The notes beneath the pieces are model-generated. The model did no database searches and had not been told where the DNA came from. It saw nothing but the letters and a program-made list of their open reading frames with translations. A stretch of 32,000 bases of DNA from Prochlorococcus marinus subsp. pastoris str. CCMP1986 (GTDB taxonomy: Bacteria > Cyanobacteriota > Cyanobacteriia > PCC-6307 > Cyanobiaceae): assembly GCF_000011465.1 (NCBI RefSeq), contig NC_005072.1, positions 780,001 through 812,000 on the forward strand. Direction: 5' to 3'. Made by a program: the position numbers and the translations under genes. Shown one piece after another: positions 1-11,803 of the stretch. Within the stretch, counting starts at the first letter, position 1, and every line of letters begins with the position of its first letter.

Positions 1-2
1 TA

Positions 3-2369
3 GCTAGTAAAGCTACAGGCTTCCCCATAGCTAAGATTGCGGCTTTATTATCTGTTGGGTACACACTTGATGAAATTATTAATGATATTACTAAAAAAAC
101 GCCTGCATGCTTTGAACCCTCAATTGATTACGTTGTAACAAAGGTACCAAGATTTGCTTTTGAAAAGTTTAAAGGTTCCTCAAATATTTTAAATACATCA
201 ATGAAATCTGTTGGAGAATCAATGGCAATTGGCCGATCTTTTGAAGAATCTTTTCAAAAAGCTTTGAGATCTTTAGAAATTGGTATTTTCGGTTGGGAGT
301 GTGATTCTATTGAAGATTTTAACAACGATAATGATTTAAAGAATAATTTACAAAACCCAACTGCTGAAAGAATATTAATAGTTAAAAAAGCAATGGAATC
401 TGGTAAGACTAATTCATATATTAATGAAATAACGAATATAGATTTGTGGTTTATTGAGAAGTTACGAAATATTTTTAATTTTCAGAATGAATTTTTAAAA
501 GGGAATGAACTTACTCGAATTGATAGAGATTTAATGTTAAATGCAAAGCAATTGGGCTTTTCAGATCAACAGATTGCAAAATTAACTAACTCTGAATTTT
601 TTGAAGTGAGAAATTATCGAAAAAAATTGAAAGTTTTGCCACTTTACAAAACTGTGGATACTTGCTCAGCTGAATTTTCATCTGAAACTCCTTACCATTA
701 TTCAAGCTATGAAGAAGCTTTTTTACACAATAATTTAAATATAAATGATAATGAAATTTCTGCCGATAATCATAAGCATTTAAAAAAAATTATGATATTG
801 GGAGGTGGACCTAATAGAATTGGCCAAGGTATTGAATTTGATTATTGTTGCTGTCATGCCTCGTATCAAGCTTCAAGTAATGGTTATCAAACGATAATGG
901 TTAATAGCAATCCTGAAACTGTTTCAACCGATTATGATACAAGCGATATTTTATATTTTGAGCCTGTTACTTTGGAAGATGTTCTCAATATAATTGAAGC
1001 TGAAAATCCATATGGATTGATAGTTCAATTTGGAGGACAGACACCTCTTAAGTTGTCTTTGCCTTTATCCAATTGGTTGGAGTCTTATGAAGGTATTAAA
1101 TGTAAATCAAAAATTCTTGGAACATCTCCTCATTCAATTGACATAGCTGAAGATAGAGAAGAATTCACAAAGATTCTTGAAGAATTAAATATAAGACAAC
1201 CGCTCAATGGAATAGCACGTAATGAAAAAGAGGCAATGTTAGTTGCAAATAATATAGGATTCCCTTTAGTCGTAAGGCCCTCTTATGTCTTAGGTGGAAG
1301 AGCTATGGAAATAGTTAAAGATAAAAATGATTTATCTCGATATATAAAAGAGGCCGTTAAAGTTTCACCAGATCATCCGATTCTTTTGGATCAATATTTA
1401 AGTAATGCAATAGAAATTGATGTTGATGCGTTATGTGATAAAACCGGTTCGGTTGTTATCGCAGGTCTTATGGAGCATGTTGAACCTGCAGGAATCCATT
1501 CTGGTGATTCTGCTTGTTGCCTACCTTCAATTTCTTTATCCCAAGAAACAATAGAAACTGTTAAAAAGTGGACAAAATTAATTGCAAATAGATTAAATGT
1601 TGTTGGCTTAATTAATCTACAATTTGCAATTAGAAATCATAGTAATGAAGAAAATCAATTATTTATTCTTGAGGCTAATCCACGAGCATCAAGAACTATA
1701 CCTTTTGTTTCTAAAGCTATCGGTAAACCTGTTGCGAAATTGGCGACTCAATTAATGCAAGGATCCTCTTTAAAAGATATAAATTTTACTAAGGAACTAA
1801 TACCTAAATATCAAGCGGTTAAGGAAGCTGTTTTACCTTTCAAAAGGTTTCCTGGATCTGATGCTTTACTTGGCCCTGAGATGCGTTCAACAGGTGAAGT
1901 AATGGGATTGGCCGATAATTTTGGCCTGGCATATGCAAAATCTGAATTGGCTGCTGGAAATGGCGTCCCTTCTGAGGGTGTTGCTTTTTTATCTACTAAT
2001 GATTTAGATAAAGATAAATTAGAGTATATAGCAAGAGAACTAATAGTTTTAGGTTTTAAATTAGTTGCGACTAAGGGTACTGCTAAATATTTATTTAATT
2101 TGGGAATTGAAGTTGATGAAGTTTTAAAGGTTCATGAAGGAAGACCTAACATTGAAGATTCAATTCGTTCTGGTCTTATACAATTAGTTATCAATACTCC
2201 AGTTGGATCGCAGGCTCTCCATGATGATGCTTATCTCAGAAGAGCATCCTTAGAATATAATATTCCCACTTTCACTACTATTCCTGGAGCAAAAGCAGCT
2301 TTGCAGGCAATTAAATCATTACGGCTAAATAAAATTGATACTTTATCACTTCAGGAAATTCATAATTAA
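3..2369 (+). CDS. carB: Carbamoyl-phosphate synthase large subunit, C-terminal ~2/3 (5' end outside the window)
   Basis: The frame is open from base 3 (ASKATGFPIAKIAALLSVGYTLDEI...FEPSIDYVVTKVPRFAFEKF), upstream of the ORF-track ATG at 201. Also GGGPNRIGQGIEFDYCC, QFGGQTPLKL, ANPRASRTIPFVSKAIGKP. Confidence 0.98.
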   Translation, partial: ASKATGFPIAKIAALLSVGYTLDEIINDITKKTPACFEPSIDYVVTKVPRFAFEKFKGSSNILNTSMKSVGESMAIGRSFEESFQKALRSLEIGIFGWECDSIEDFNNDNDLKNNLQNPTAERILIVKKAMESGKTNSYINEITNIDLWFIEKLRNIFNFQNEFLKGNELTRIDRDLMLNAKQLGFSDQQIAKLTNSEFFEVRNYRKKLKVLPLYKTVDTCSAEFSSETPYHYSSYEEAFLHNNLNINDNEISADNHKHLKKIMILGGGPNRIGQGIEFDYCCCHASYQASSNGYQTIMVNSNPETVSTDYDTSDILYFEPVTLEDVLNIIEAENPYGLIVQFGGQTPLKLSLPLSNWLESYEGIKCKSKILGTSPHSIDIAEDREEFTKILEELNIRQPLNGIARNEKEAMLVANNIGFPLVVRPSYVLGGRAMEIVKDKNDLSRYIKEAVKVSPDHPILLDQYLSNAIEIDVDALCDKTGSVVIAGLMEHVEPAGIHSGDSACCLPSISLSQETIETVKKWTKLIANRLNVVGLINLQFAIRNHSNEENQLFILEANPRASRTIPFVSKAIGKPVAKLATQLMQGSSLKDINFTKELIPKYQAVKEAVLPFKRFPGSDALLGPEMRSTGEVMGLADNFGLAYAKSELAAGNGVPSEGVAFLSTNDLDKDKLEYIARELIVLGFKLVATKGTAKYLFNLGIEVDEVLKVHEGRPNIEDSIRSGLIQLVINTPVGSQALHDDAYLRRASLEYNIPTFTTIPGAKAALQAIKSLRLNKIDTLSLQEIHN

Positions 2370-2375
2370 TAGAAT

Positions 2376-2627
2376 TTATTCATAATTTTTAAGATTCTCT
2401 CTTAATTGGTTTGTTAGGGAGTTTCTACCAATGGATAACAATTTAAATGTGTCTTCATGCATTTTCAGCTGAGTTTCAGCTATTTGTAATCCTTTAATTA
2501 GTTCTTTTGTTTCACTAGTTAAATCATTAAGATTATATTCCCCTCCCTCAAAAGTTAGGACTGGATTTTTATTTTCAATGTTTTTTTCAGACATGATTTT
2601 ATCTTTTATTAAATTAAATACAATCAA
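2376..2627 (-). CDS. Small DUF6447-like protein; real start may be the internal Met near 2594 (MSEKNIENKNPVLTFEGGEYNL...)
   Basis: Short ORF with LTFEGGEYNLNDLTSETKELIKGLQIAETQL, resembling small cyanobacterial proteins of this family; lies just downstream of the ABC transporter gene. Confidence 0.6.
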   Translation of the reverse strand: MIVFNLIKDKIMSEKNIENKNPVLTFEGGEYNLNDLTSETKELIKGLQIAETQLKMHEDTFKLLSIGRNSLTNQLRENLKNYE

Positions 2628-4444
2628 GTAACCTTTATCAACTGTTTTTCACATAATTCTTTATAAATCCCATCTTTATTGAACAAATCTATATGTTTTC
2701 CACTATCTACAATTTTACCTTTATCAAAAACAACTATTTTATCTGCTCCTTGGGTAGTGGATAATCTGTGAGCAACAATTATAACTGTTCTGTTATTCAT
2801 TGCTTGATTTAGGCCTTTTTGAACTTCTGCTTCTGAATCTGAATCTAATGCACTAGTAGCCTCATCTAATAAAAGAATAGATGGGTTACCTAATATCGCG
2901 CGAGCTATTGCTAATCTTTGAATCTGACCTCCTGAAAAGTTAGATCCTCTTTCGTTTATGTTTGTTTCGTATTTACTTGGGAGTTTAAGAATAAATTCAT
3001 GAGCATTTGCAATCTTGGCAGACTTAATTACATCGTCTTCACTAAAGTCCCTTCCCATTTTTATTACATCAATTATTCTTCCAGAAAATAAAAAAGGTTG
3101 TTGTTGTACTAAGGCAATATTTGATCTTATATCTATTGAGCTTATAGATCTTATGTTTTTGTCATCTATATATATGTCCCCTAATTTAGGGTTTATGAAT
3201 TTTAATATCAAAGACATCATTGTGCTTTTCCCAGCTCCTGATGATCCTACAAATGCAATTACCTGTCCTTTTGAAATTTTTAAAGTGATATCTTGTAAAA
3301 CTTCATTATCCTTTTTATATTCAAAACTAACATGATTGAATTCGATCTTCCCATTTATTCTTGTTATTTTTTCTAAATTTTGCTCATCTTTTTCCATGGG
3401 TTGCATATTTATTTTTTTTAATCTTTTTAATGAAGCCTCTGCTTGCTTATATTCATTAAAGTTTGTACTAATGTGACTAATTGGGTCTATAAGCATTAAT
3501 ATTGCAGCAAAAAAACTGCTAAATTCTTCGCTATTTAAAAGACCTAGGTTAATTCTTAATGCTCCTAAACCTAATATTGCCAATATTCCAAAAGCTTCAA
3601 TAAAACCTACTATTGGATGTTGGATAGCAAGTAATTTAAGTGTCTTATATTTTGCTTGTTTATTACTTCTCAATTTTGTATTGAATCTACCTGTAATCCA
3701 ATTTTCTGCTGCAAATGATCTTATTGTCGAAATTCCGTTTATAGATTCTCCTATTAAACTGGCTAAATCGCTTGTTGATTCTTGACTTTTTTCAGATGCT
3801 ATTAAAACTCTTTTCCCAAAGTTATTTACTGATAAAACAATTATTGGAGCTAAAATAAATGTTGATATTGTCAACGACCAGTCTAAATAAAACATATAGA
3901 TAATTACTGCTAATAATTGCAACAAGCATGGTAATGTATCTTGAAATGTTTTATAAATCACTTCACTGACTCTGTCCGCATCCTCGGTAAGCCTATAAGT
4001 AATATCTCCTGCAGAAATGTTGTTGATAATATTCATTTTTATTTTGTGAATTTTACTAAATAAACTTTGTCTCATTACTTCACTTATTTCTAATGAAGGC
4101 TTGGCAATATAAACATCTTGCCCATATTGAGCAGTTTTTTGAATTAAAAATACAACAAGAGAATTTATTATGATATTAGTTACGGTTGATAATTCTCCAG
4201 ATCCAATAGCGGGTATTAATTTTCCAGCTAAAAAAGCTAATATTGGCCAACATGCTACATAAATTATCATGCATATAAAACCTTTAATAAATCTATTAAT
4301 ATAAGGAGTGATTGATGGAATTAATTGCAAGATATTATTTTTGATTACTTCTTTTACTCTATCAATAGCTGTGGATTTATAAAACAATGAAATTAAATCA
4401 ATTTTTAAAATGGCATAACATTGTTTCTTCTGGTGGTGAGGCAA
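2624..4444 (-). CDS. MsbA-like ABC transporter, fused transmembrane and ATPase domains; start codon uncertain
   Basis: Walker A (VGSSGAGKST), signature (NFSGGQIQRLAIARAI), Walker B (ILLLDEATSALD), H-loop (IIVAHRLST), and an N-terminal multi-TM exporter domain. Confidence 0.93.
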   Translation of the reverse strand: MPHHQKKQCYAILKIDLISLFYKSTAIDRVKEVIKNNILQLIPSITPYINRFIKGFICMIIYVACWPILAFLAGKLIPAIGSGELSTVTNIIINSLVVFLIQKTAQYGQDVYIAKPSLEISEVMRQSLFSKIHKIKMNIINNISAGDITYRLTEDADRVSEVIYKTFQDTLPCLLQLLAVIIYMFYLDWSLTISTFILAPIIVLSVNNFGKRVLIASEKSQESTSDLASLIGESINGISTIRSFAAENWITGRFNTKLRSNKQAKYKTLKLLAIQHPIVGFIEAFGILAILGLGALRINLGLLNSEEFSSFFAAILMLIDPISHISTNFNEYKQAEASLKRLKKINMQPMEKDEQNLEKITRINGKIEFNHVSFEYKKDNEVLQDITLKISKGQVIAFVGSSGAGKSTMMSLILKFINPKLGDIYIDDKNIRSISSIDIRSNIALVQQQPFLFSGRIIDVIKMGRDFSEDDVIKSAKIANAHEFILKLPSKYETNINERGSNFSGGQIQRLAIARAILGNPSILLLDEATSALDSDSEAEVQKGLNQAMNNRTVIIVAHRLSTTQGADKIVVFDKGKIVDSGKHIDLFNKDGIYKELCEKQLIKVT

Positions 4445-4563
4445 AAATTCTCATAAATTCTGGTCAGATAAAAGTTAATGGAGAAATAGAGAAAAAAAGA
4501 GGAAGAAAATTAGTTAAAGGAGATAAAGTTATGTTTCTAAAAAGTGAATTAATTTTTGAATGA
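4387..4563 (+). CDS. Small S4-domain RNA-binding protein (58 aa), absent from the ORF track
   Basis: ATG 4387 to TGA 4561-4563: MKLNQFLKWHNIVSSGGEAKILINSGQIKVNGEIEKKRGRKLVKGDKVMFLKSELIFE. The G-EAK-LI-G-I-VNG pattern is the YaaA/RluD-type S4 fold signature. Confidence 0.85.
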   Translation: MKLNQFLKWHNIVSSGGEAKILINSGQIKVNGEIEKKRGRKLVKGDKVMFLKSELIFE

Positions 4564-4614
4564 TTAGCCTAAAAACCCAGGTTATATTAGTATATTTTTC
4601 TTAGACAACATATT

Positions 4615-5340
4615 TTGAGAAAATCTGTAATCGCTGGGAATTGGAAGATGCACATGACTTGTGCTGACACAAAAAAATATTTGGAAGAATTTCTTCCTCT
4701 TATTGAAGAAATTCCTAATGACAGAAAAATAGTAATTGCTCCTCCCTTTACAGCTATTTCTACTTTTTCTAATTATACAAACTTTGATTATTTAAATATT
4801 GCAAGTCAAAATATCCATTGGGAAGATAAAGGTGCTTTTACTGCAGAAATCTCCCCCAATATGCTTATTGAACACAAAGTAAAATATGCAATTGTTGGTC
4901 ATAGTGAACCTCGGAAATACTTTAGTGAAAGTGATGAACAAATTAATAAAAGAGCTGTCTTTGCTCAATCAAGTGGACTAACTCCAATAGTTTGTGTCGG
5001 TGAAACTCTTGAACAAAGAGAAAGAGGTGAAGCCGATAGGGTCATCACCAGACAAGTTGAACAGGGATTAGAGAATACTGATCCATCTAATCTTATAGTT
5101 GCTTATGAACCTATATGGGCAATTGGTACAGGTAAAACTTGTGAAGCAAGTGACGCAAACAAGATATGTGCTTTGATAAGGAGTTTGATTGGTTTTAGTG
5201 ACGTAATCATCCAATATGGAGGTTCTGTTAAACCAAATAATATTGATGAGATCATGTCAATGAGTGATATTGATGGTGTCTTGGTAGGTGGTTCTTCTTT
5301 AGATCCTATAAGTTTTTCAAGAATTGCAAATTTCGAATAA
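4615..5340 (+). CDS. tpiA: Triosephosphate isomerase
   Basis: [60 protein letters not shown]. Confidence 0.97.
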   Translation: MRKSVIAGNWKMHMTCADTKKYLEEFLPLIEEIPNDRKIVIAPPFTAISTFSNYTNFDYLNIASQNIHWEDKGAFTAEISPNMLIEHKVKYAIVGHSEPRKYFSESDEQINKRAVFAQSSGLTPIVCVGETLEQRERGEADRVITRQVEQGLENTDPSNLIVAYEPIWAIGTGKTCEASDANKICALIRSLIGFSDVIIQYGGSVKPNNIDEIMSMSDIDGVLVGGSSLDPISFSRIANFE

Positions 5341-6166
5341 TAACTACCCTTGGCCTGATGATTGGGGGAGGAAAACCTCCATAATGGGGATTATTAATTT
5401 AACTCCAGATTCATTTAGTGATGGAGGTGATTTTTGTTCCATAGAAAAAGTTTTAAATCAAGTAAATTATTTTGTTTCAAATGGAGTTGATGTAATTGAT
5501 CTTGGTGCACAAAGTACTAGACCCGGAGCGATAGAAATTGGAGCGAAAAATGAATCAAAAAGATTAATACCATATTTAAAAAAAATTAGAAGTGAATATC
5601 CCAATATTCTTATTTCTATTGATACTTTTAATTCTGAGGTTGCTCATGAAGCTCTCTCAAATGGTGCTAATTGGATTAATGATGTCACAGGTGGAAGAAG
5701 GGATGAGGAGATTTTAGATGTTGTCTCAGAATTTAATTGTCCTTTCGTAATTACTCATAGTCGCGGAAATAGCATAACCATGAATAATTTGACAAATTAT
5801 GATGATTTTTTAGTTGATATTATTCATTCTCTTGAAAGTTTGACAAAAAAAGCTCTAAACAAAAATGTTAGTAAGGATAAAATAATTTGGGATCCAGGTA
5901 TTGGATTTTCAAAGGACACTAAACAGAACATAGAAATCCTAAGAAACGTACCTCTTTTAAAGAATTTTGAATTTCCACTCCTAATTGGGGCCTCAAGAAA
6001 AAGATTTATTGGAGAAATCTTAAATCAACCTAATCCCAAAGAAAGAGATATAGGAACACTAGCTATTAGTTGTCTTTGTTCTCAACAAAAAATTCACTTA
6101 GTAAGAGTTCATAATGTAAAAATCAATTATCAAGTTTTAAAAGTCGCAGATCACATATTTAGATAA
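5324..6166 (+). CDS. folP: Dihydropteroate synthase
   Basis: [44 protein letters not shown]. Overlaps the tpiA 3' end by 17 nt. Confidence 0.95.
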   Translation: MQISNNNYPWPDDWGRKTSIMGIINLTPDSFSDGGDFCSIEKVLNQVNYFVSNGVDVIDLGAQSTRPGAIEIGAKNESKRLIPYLKKIRSEYPNILISIDTFNSEVAHEALSNGANWINDVTGGRRDEEILDVVSEFNCPFVITHSRGNSITMNNLTNYDDFLVDIIHSLESLTKKALNKNVSKDKIIWDPGIGFSKDTKQNIEILRNVPLLKNFEFPLLIGASRKRFIGEILNQPNPKERDIGTLAISCLCSQQKIHLVRVHNVKINYQVLKVADHIFR

Positions 6167-6181
6167 AGAAATTAATTTTTT

Positions 6182-9100
6182 CTATTTAACTCCCTCAATT
6201 TTATCCTCTACTTCTTGATAAAGTTCTTTAAGTTGCTCTATATTTTCATCGGATGTTTCCCAATAACCTCTCCCATTTACTTCGAGCAATGTTCCTACTA
6301 TTCTTCTGAAACTATTAGGATTTAAATCCATAAGCCTTTTTCTCATTTCTTCATCATTAATGAATGTTTCATTAGTTTCTTCATAAACAAAGTTATCTAC
6401 TTGGCCACTTGTTGCACTCCATCCAAGTGTGTAGTTAAGTCTATTAGAAAGTTCTCTAACTCCTTCATATCCTGACTTAAGCATTCCTTCGTACCATTTT
6501 GGATTCAAAAGCTTAGTTCTAGAATCTAGTCTTATTGTTTCACCTAATGTCCTGACTTGAGCATTAGATGTAGTTGTGTCTGCAATGTAACTACTTGGTT
6601 CTTTCCCATCATCCCTTAACGTTTTTATTAATTTAGTAGGATCAGAATCAAAATAATGGCTGACATCAGTTAGAGAGATTTCAGAAGAGTCAAGGTTTTG
6701 AAATGTTACATCAGCAGTTTTCATGACAGACTCGAATACATCCCTTTTTTGATTCATTTCTCCTGGGTTATCAGCATTAAAAGCATAAGTTTTTCTTGAT
6801 AAATACATTTCTTGCAATTCATTTTCTTCCTCCCAGGTTGAATTTTCTACAGCTAAATTGACATTTGAACTATAGCTGCCGCTAGCATTTGAAAATACTC
6901 TTGCTGAAGCCTCCCTTATTGAGGTACCCTCTTTATCAGCTTGTTCTAATGAATGTTTTCTTACAAAGTTGGACTCTAATGGTTCTTCTGCTTCTGCGGC
7001 TAATTTTACGGCCTGATCAATAAGTGCCATTTGGTTTATAAATAAATCCCTAAAAACTCCAGAGCAATTTACAACCACATCAATTCTTGGTCTACCAAGT
7101 TCCTCTAACGGGATAAGTTCTAATTTATTTATTCGACCAACAGAATCAGGTTTTGGTTTGACTCCTACAAACCATAAAATTTGAGCTAGAGATTCACCAT
7201 AAGTTTTGATATTGTCAGTACCCCATAAAACACAAGCTATTGTTTCAGGCCAAGTTCCTTGCTCTTCTTTTTGTCTTTCAATTAATTTGTCTACTACAGA
7301 TTTAGCTGCAGCTACTGCTGCAGTAGTAGGAATTGATTGTGGATCAAGTGCATGAATATTTTTACCACTTGGTAAAACGCTTGGGTTCCTAATAGGATCT
7401 CCTCCAGGGCCAGGTAATACATAATTTCCATCCAAGGCTTTTATGAGGCTATCCATTTCTTTGTCTGCACATACCTGTTCAAGGCAGAACAATAAATAGT
7501 CAAATAATTTATTTAATTCTTTTTGATTTATTTCATTAAATCCATTTAATCTACATACTCTCAGCCAAGGGGTAGGTAAATTTAAACCAAATATCTTCAA
7601 GAAATCTAATAGTTTTGAAAATAGTGATTTCTCCAAATAGACCCTTCCGTTAACAATTTTTAGACTATTAACCATTGCAAATATGCATTCTCTGGCAGTT
7701 TTTATAATTTTTTCATTTAGTTCAACAAACTTAAGTTCTCCCTTATTATTACCGTCGTAAACTTCATCAATTTTTAAATTTATTGATTCTGCTAATAAAC
7801 CTGGTAAGGATCTAAGACCTTCTTGTTCTCTTTCTAACGAAGCTATGTTTACTAAGGTGGCAACGGCTTCCTCCGCAGTAGGAGCCTCTCCAATTGTATG
7901 GAGTCCACATGGCAATAATCTACTTTCTATCTCCATTAATTGCTTATATATATTCCCTACAAACAGATCTCTATCTTCAATAGTTAGTTCCTCAACCTCA
8001 CCAATAGGGAGTTCTACATCTTTATCGAGATTACATTGCTTTGAAGTCTCTACTATTGCATTAACAATTTGAATACCTCTACTACTTTCTCTGAGTTGTT
8101 GATAAGAACCTACAAGCTCGCTCAATTCTTTAAGTCCCTTATAAAGACCAGCATTTTCAGCTGGAGGAGTTAGGTAACTTATTGTTGATGCGTAACCTCT
8201 TCTTTTTGCAATTGTTGCTTCTGATGGATTATTTGCTGCGTAATAATATAAATTTGGCAGAGATCCTATTAAAGAATCTGGGTAGCAAGTTTCACTCATA
8301 CCCATTTGTTTCCCAGGCATAAATTCAAGTGAACCGTGTGTTCCAAAATGTAGAACTGCATCAGCTCCCCATATTTTTTCTACGTATGTGTAATAAGCGG
8401 CAAATCCATGGTGAGGACTAGCACTTCTTGAGTAAAGTAATCTCATTGGATCTCCTTCATATCCAAATGTTGGTTGCACTCCTATAAATACATTTCCAAA
8501 ATGTTTTCCGTAAACAAGTAAATTTTGTCCATCGCTGTTCAAGTTTCCAGGAGGTTTACCCCAGTTTTCTTCTAATCTCTTTGAATAAGGTGTAAATTCC
8601 TCATATTCTTTTACAGTCATCTTATGAGCAATATTTAATTCAGGAGAACCATCCATAGCCTCTGGATTATTAATTACTTTCTCCATTAATTCTTTGGAGT
8701 TTTTAGGGAGATCATCAATTTGATACCCTTTAGCTTTCATTTCTAAAAGAACTCTATAAATAGAACCAAATACATTCAAATATGCTGCTGTTCCAACATT
8801 TCCTTTGTCAGGTGGAAAACTAAATACAGTTATCGCTAACTTTTTCTCATCCCTTTTTTTTACCCTAAGAGTGGACCACTTTATTGCTCTTTCAACAATG
8901 ACATCTACTCTGTCTTGGAGAGTATGGGCTTTACCAGTAGCATCATCACGACCTGAAAGAATAATTGGTTCAATAGCTCCGTCTAATTCTGGTATCGCAA
9001 TTTGGAGTGCAACTTGAACAGGGTGTAATCCTAAATCACTTTCCTCCCATTCTTGAGTTGTTTGAAATACTAATGGTAATGCAACCATATATGGTCTATT

Positions 9101-10189
9101 TAGCTTTTTCAGTGCATCAATGGCTTTTGGATGATCTTGTCTTGCAGGACCACCTACCAATGCAAATCCTGTTAAAGATACAACCCCATCAACTATTGCT
9201 CTTTCCTTATCATTTGAATGATAATAAAATTCATCTACTGGTTTAGAAAAATCTAATCCGCCACAGAAAATAGGTAAAACACGAGCTCCTCGATATTCTA
9301 ATTCTTGTATTACGGCTACATAATGAGCATCATCACCTGTAACTATGTGACTTCTTTGTAGAACTAATCCAATAGTTGGAGTTTTATCATCTTTTGGTTT
9401 TATATCTTTTCTATTTTTTTCCCAATTTTGATATTCATTTAAACTTTCAAACATATTTGGCGCTAACGGATGCCATATACCTAAATCTGGAAAAGTTTCA
9501 GGATCTTGTATTTTAAATTCTTCTAACTGATCTTTTATATTTTCTGACACTACATATTTTTCTGAGATCATTAATAAGAAGTTCTTCAGATTTTCTGTAG
9601 TTCCGCCAAGCCAATATTGAAAACTTAATATAAATGTTCTTGCATCTTGTGCTTTTTCTACAGGTAAATATTTGAGTATTGAAGGTAAGGTATTTAGTAG
9701 CTTCAACATTGAATCTTGGAAACTAGCACCATCAGATTCTTTTTTCTTTTTAATAAGATCTCCGATAATACTTTTAGATTGTCCAAGTTGAGCCATGCTA
9801 AATGAACCCAATTTATTTAATCTCATCACCTCAGGCATTGAGGGAAAAATTATAGAGGCTTTAAGATTCTCTTTATATGGGGTAACTGCATCTACAACTT
9901 TTTGTGCTAAATCTTCTATAAATATTAGGGAGGCAACAAAAATATCGGCACTAGCTATATCAATTTTAAAATCTTCGAAATTTTTATCGTTTCTAAGTTC
10001 TTCTATAAGATATCCGCTGAGATCTATCCCTATAGGGCCATTGGTTTCATTTATTGATTTTGCAGCTTCTGTTAAGGAGTTTTGATATTGTGGCTCAAGG
10101 ACAACATAAACTGCTTTTATTACAATTTTATGTTTGTTATCCTCAACAGGAGAAACTCTGCGATTTGCTGAGCGGACCTGCGTAAACAT
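6182..10189 (-). CDS. chlH: Magnesium chelatase subunit H
   Basis: 1335-aa CobN/ChlH-type protein: [79 protein letters not shown]. Confidence 0.98.
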   Translation of the reverse strand: MFTQVRSANRRVSPVEDNKHKIVIKAVYVVLEPQYQNSLTEAAKSINETNGPIGIDLSGYLIEELRNDKNFEDFKIDIASADIFVASLIFIEDLAQKVVDAVTPYKENLKASIIFPSMPEVMRLNKLGSFSMAQLGQSKSIIGDLIKKKKESDGASFQDSMLKLLNTLPSILKYLPVEKAQDARTFILSFQYWLGGTTENLKNFLLMISEKYVVSENIKDQLEEFKIQDPETFPDLGIWHPLAPNMFESLNEYQNWEKNRKDIKPKDDKTPTIGLVLQRSHIVTGDDAHYVAVIQELEYRGARVLPIFCGGLDFSKPVDEFYYHSNDKERAIVDGVVSLTGFALVGGPARQDHPKAIDALKKLNRPYMVALPLVFQTTQEWEESDLGLHPVQVALQIAIPELDGAIEPIILSGRDDATGKAHTLQDRVDVIVERAIKWSTLRVKKRDEKKLAITVFSFPPDKGNVGTAAYLNVFGSIYRVLLEMKAKGYQIDDLPKNSKELMEKVINNPEAMDGSPELNIAHKMTVKEYEEFTPYSKRLEENWGKPPGNLNSDGQNLLVYGKHFGNVFIGVQPTFGYEGDPMRLLYSRSASPHHGFAAYYTYVEKIWGADAVLHFGTHGSLEFMPGKQMGMSETCYPDSLIGSLPNLYYYAANNPSEATIAKRRGYASTISYLTPPAENAGLYKGLKELSELVGSYQQLRESSRGIQIVNAIVETSKQCNLDKDVELPIGEVEELTIEDRDLFVGNIYKQLMEIESRLLPCGLHTIGEAPTAEEAVATLVNIASLEREQEGLRSLPGLLAESINLKIDEVYDGNNKGELKFVELNEKIIKTARECIFAMVNSLKIVNGRVYLEKSLFSKLLDFLKIFGLNLPTPWLRVCRLNGFNEINQKELNKLFDYLLFCLEQVCADKEMDSLIKALDGNYVLPGPGGDPIRNPSVLPSGKNIHALDPQSIPTTAAVAAAKSVVDKLIERQKEEQGTWPETIACVLWGTDNIKTYGESLAQILWFVGVKPKPDSVGRINKLELIPLEELGRPRIDVVVNCSGVFRDLFINQMALIDQAVKLAAEAEEPLESNFVRKHSLEQADKEGTSIREASARVFSNASGSYSSNVNLAVENSTWEEENELQEMYLSRKTYAFNADNPGEMNQKRDVFESVMKTADVTFQNLDSSEISLTDVSHYFDSDPTKLIKTLRDDGKEPSSYIADTTTSNAQVRTLGETIRLDSRTKLLNPKWYEGMLKSGYEGVRELSNRLNYTLGWSATSGQVDNFVYEETNETFINDEEMRKRLMDLNPNSFRRIVGTLLEVNGRGYWETSDENIEQLKELYQEVEDKIEGVK

Positions 10190-10291
10190 TGATTTTCTTT
10201 AAGTATTTTTACCAGCCTACGGGTGAATTGCCGTTATTGTGTGCAATATAAATAGCGTGTAACAACCTTTAAAAAAATTTTTTAATTAAAA

Positions 10292-11140
10292 ATGATCAAA
10301 AATTCTAAAAAAACTACACCTGTACTTGTTTCTGGTGCATTAGGCAGAATGGGAAGTGAGGTTGTTAATTCCGTCCTAAATTCTTCTGATTGTGAACTTG
10401 TTGCAGCAATTGATACAAATAAAAAAAATAATGGTGAAAACATTTCACAATTGTTAAATCTTAAAAAAAGTGATGTTCTTGTCTCAAATGATCTTGAGGG
10501 ATCTTTATGTTCAATAAGTCAAGATTATCGAAATGAGAAAATTAAGCCAGTATTAGTTGACTTTACTCATCCTGATTCTGTTTATGAAAATACTAGATCT
10601 GCAATTGCTTATGGGATATCGCCAGTTGTAGGGACTACAGGCCTTACTCCCTCCCAAATAAATGATTTGGCTATTTTTGCTCAAAAAGCAAACATCGGTT
10701 GTGCAATAATTCCAAATTTTTCTGTAGGAATGGTTCTTCTTCAACAAGCTGCTTCTGTAGCAGCAAAGTTTTACGATAATATTGAATTAATAGAAATGCA
10801 TCACAATCAAAAAGCAGATTCTCCTAGTGGAACCTGTATTAAAACTGCTGAAATGATTGAAGAATATCCAAAAAAATATAATCAAAGCTTAGTTGAGGAA
10901 TCTGAATCATTAAAAGGTGTAAGAGGAGGTGTTAGAGATTCAGGCCTAAATATTCATTCAATAAGATTGCCTGGGCTTTTGGCTCATCAGGTAGTTATTA
11001 TGGGTTCTCCTGGAGAAACTTACACAATTAAACATGACACGATTGATAGAAAAGCTTATATGCCTGGCGTTTTGCAGGCAATAAGAAAAATAGGTAAATT
11101 TAATTCGTTAATTTATGGACTTGAAAAATTAATATTCTAA
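10292..11140 (+). CDS. dapB: 4-hydroxy-tetrahydrodipicolinate reductase
   Basis: [53 protein letters not shown]. Confidence 0.97.
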
Positions 11141-11785
11141 ATGCTTATACCAATAAAACAAAATCAAATATCTAAACTTATCCCTTCTGTGGGGACAGGT
11201 GGTCAGTTTAAATATACACTTGGAGATCCCAGAAAAGTTTTGCAGAAACTTATTATTTCCTCTATTGGAGGAGTTTTAAATCTCTTGCTTTTTATTAGTC
11301 AATCATCAACTCAGACTGAAAATCTTTGGTTATTGTTATGTGTGATCTTTTTTCTCTACATAATATGGGGACCAATTCTTGAATCAAGCAGAAAAAATAT
11401 TAAATATAAAAATTCTAAGTTCTTTTCTCTCTTTGATGGTTATGTATCTGATATCTATAAAACTGAAAGAATTGAAAGTTCACGTGAGCAATCAAATAGG
11501 CAAGGTCGTTTAGAGTTGATTGAAAAAAAAAGAACTTGGTTAGTTATTGAATTGGAGGATGAGGATGGTTATTTAGATAAAATTAGTTTTCCCATGGAAA
11601 ACAAACATAGTCGAATTAGAGTTGGTTCCAATATTAGATGCATTATTTCATCTAATTATAGAAGCTTTGAAAGAGAGATTTACTTGACTGATGCATGGTT
11701 ACCTGACGAAAATATTTGGATAGGAGAGTACCCTTATTTGCTTCGACCAGCATTTGAAGAAATTTGCTATATTTATCTGAAGTAA
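11141..11785 (+). CDS. Conserved cyanobacterial-type membrane protein of unknown function
   Basis: IPSVGTGGQFKYTLGDPRKVLQKLIISSIGG with two predicted TM segments and a C-terminal soluble domain. Starts immediately after the dapB stop. Confidence 0.6.
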   Translation: MLIPIKQNQISKLIPSVGTGGQFKYTLGDPRKVLQKLIISSIGGVLNLLLFISQSSTQTENLWLLLCVIFFLYIIWGPILESSRKNIKYKNSKFFSLFDGYVSDIYKTERIESSREQSNRQGRLELIEKKRTWLVIELEDEDGYLDKISFPMENKHSRIRVGSNIRCIISSNYRSFEREIYLTDAWLPDENIWIGEYPYLLRPAFEEICYIYLK

Positions 11786-11803
11786 ATTGTCGTTATATAT
11801 TAA

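Noticed and set aside
3015-3335. Plus-strand 106-aa ORF inside the ABC transporter gene
   Set aside because: Antisense of the ABC ATPase domain; the conserved motifs lie on the minus strand.
7845-10085. Four small plus-strand ORFs inside chlH (7845..8072, 8805..9017, 9007..9246, 9795..10085)
   Set aside because: All lie antisense to the uninterrupted, highly conserved chlH coding frame and look like chance open frames.
10190-10291. Possible regulatory element in the chlH/dapB divergent intergenic region (short inverted pair ATTGC...GCAAT)
   Set aside because: Arms are only 5 bp in an AT-rich background; promoters must be present, but I cannot support a specific operator or RNA.
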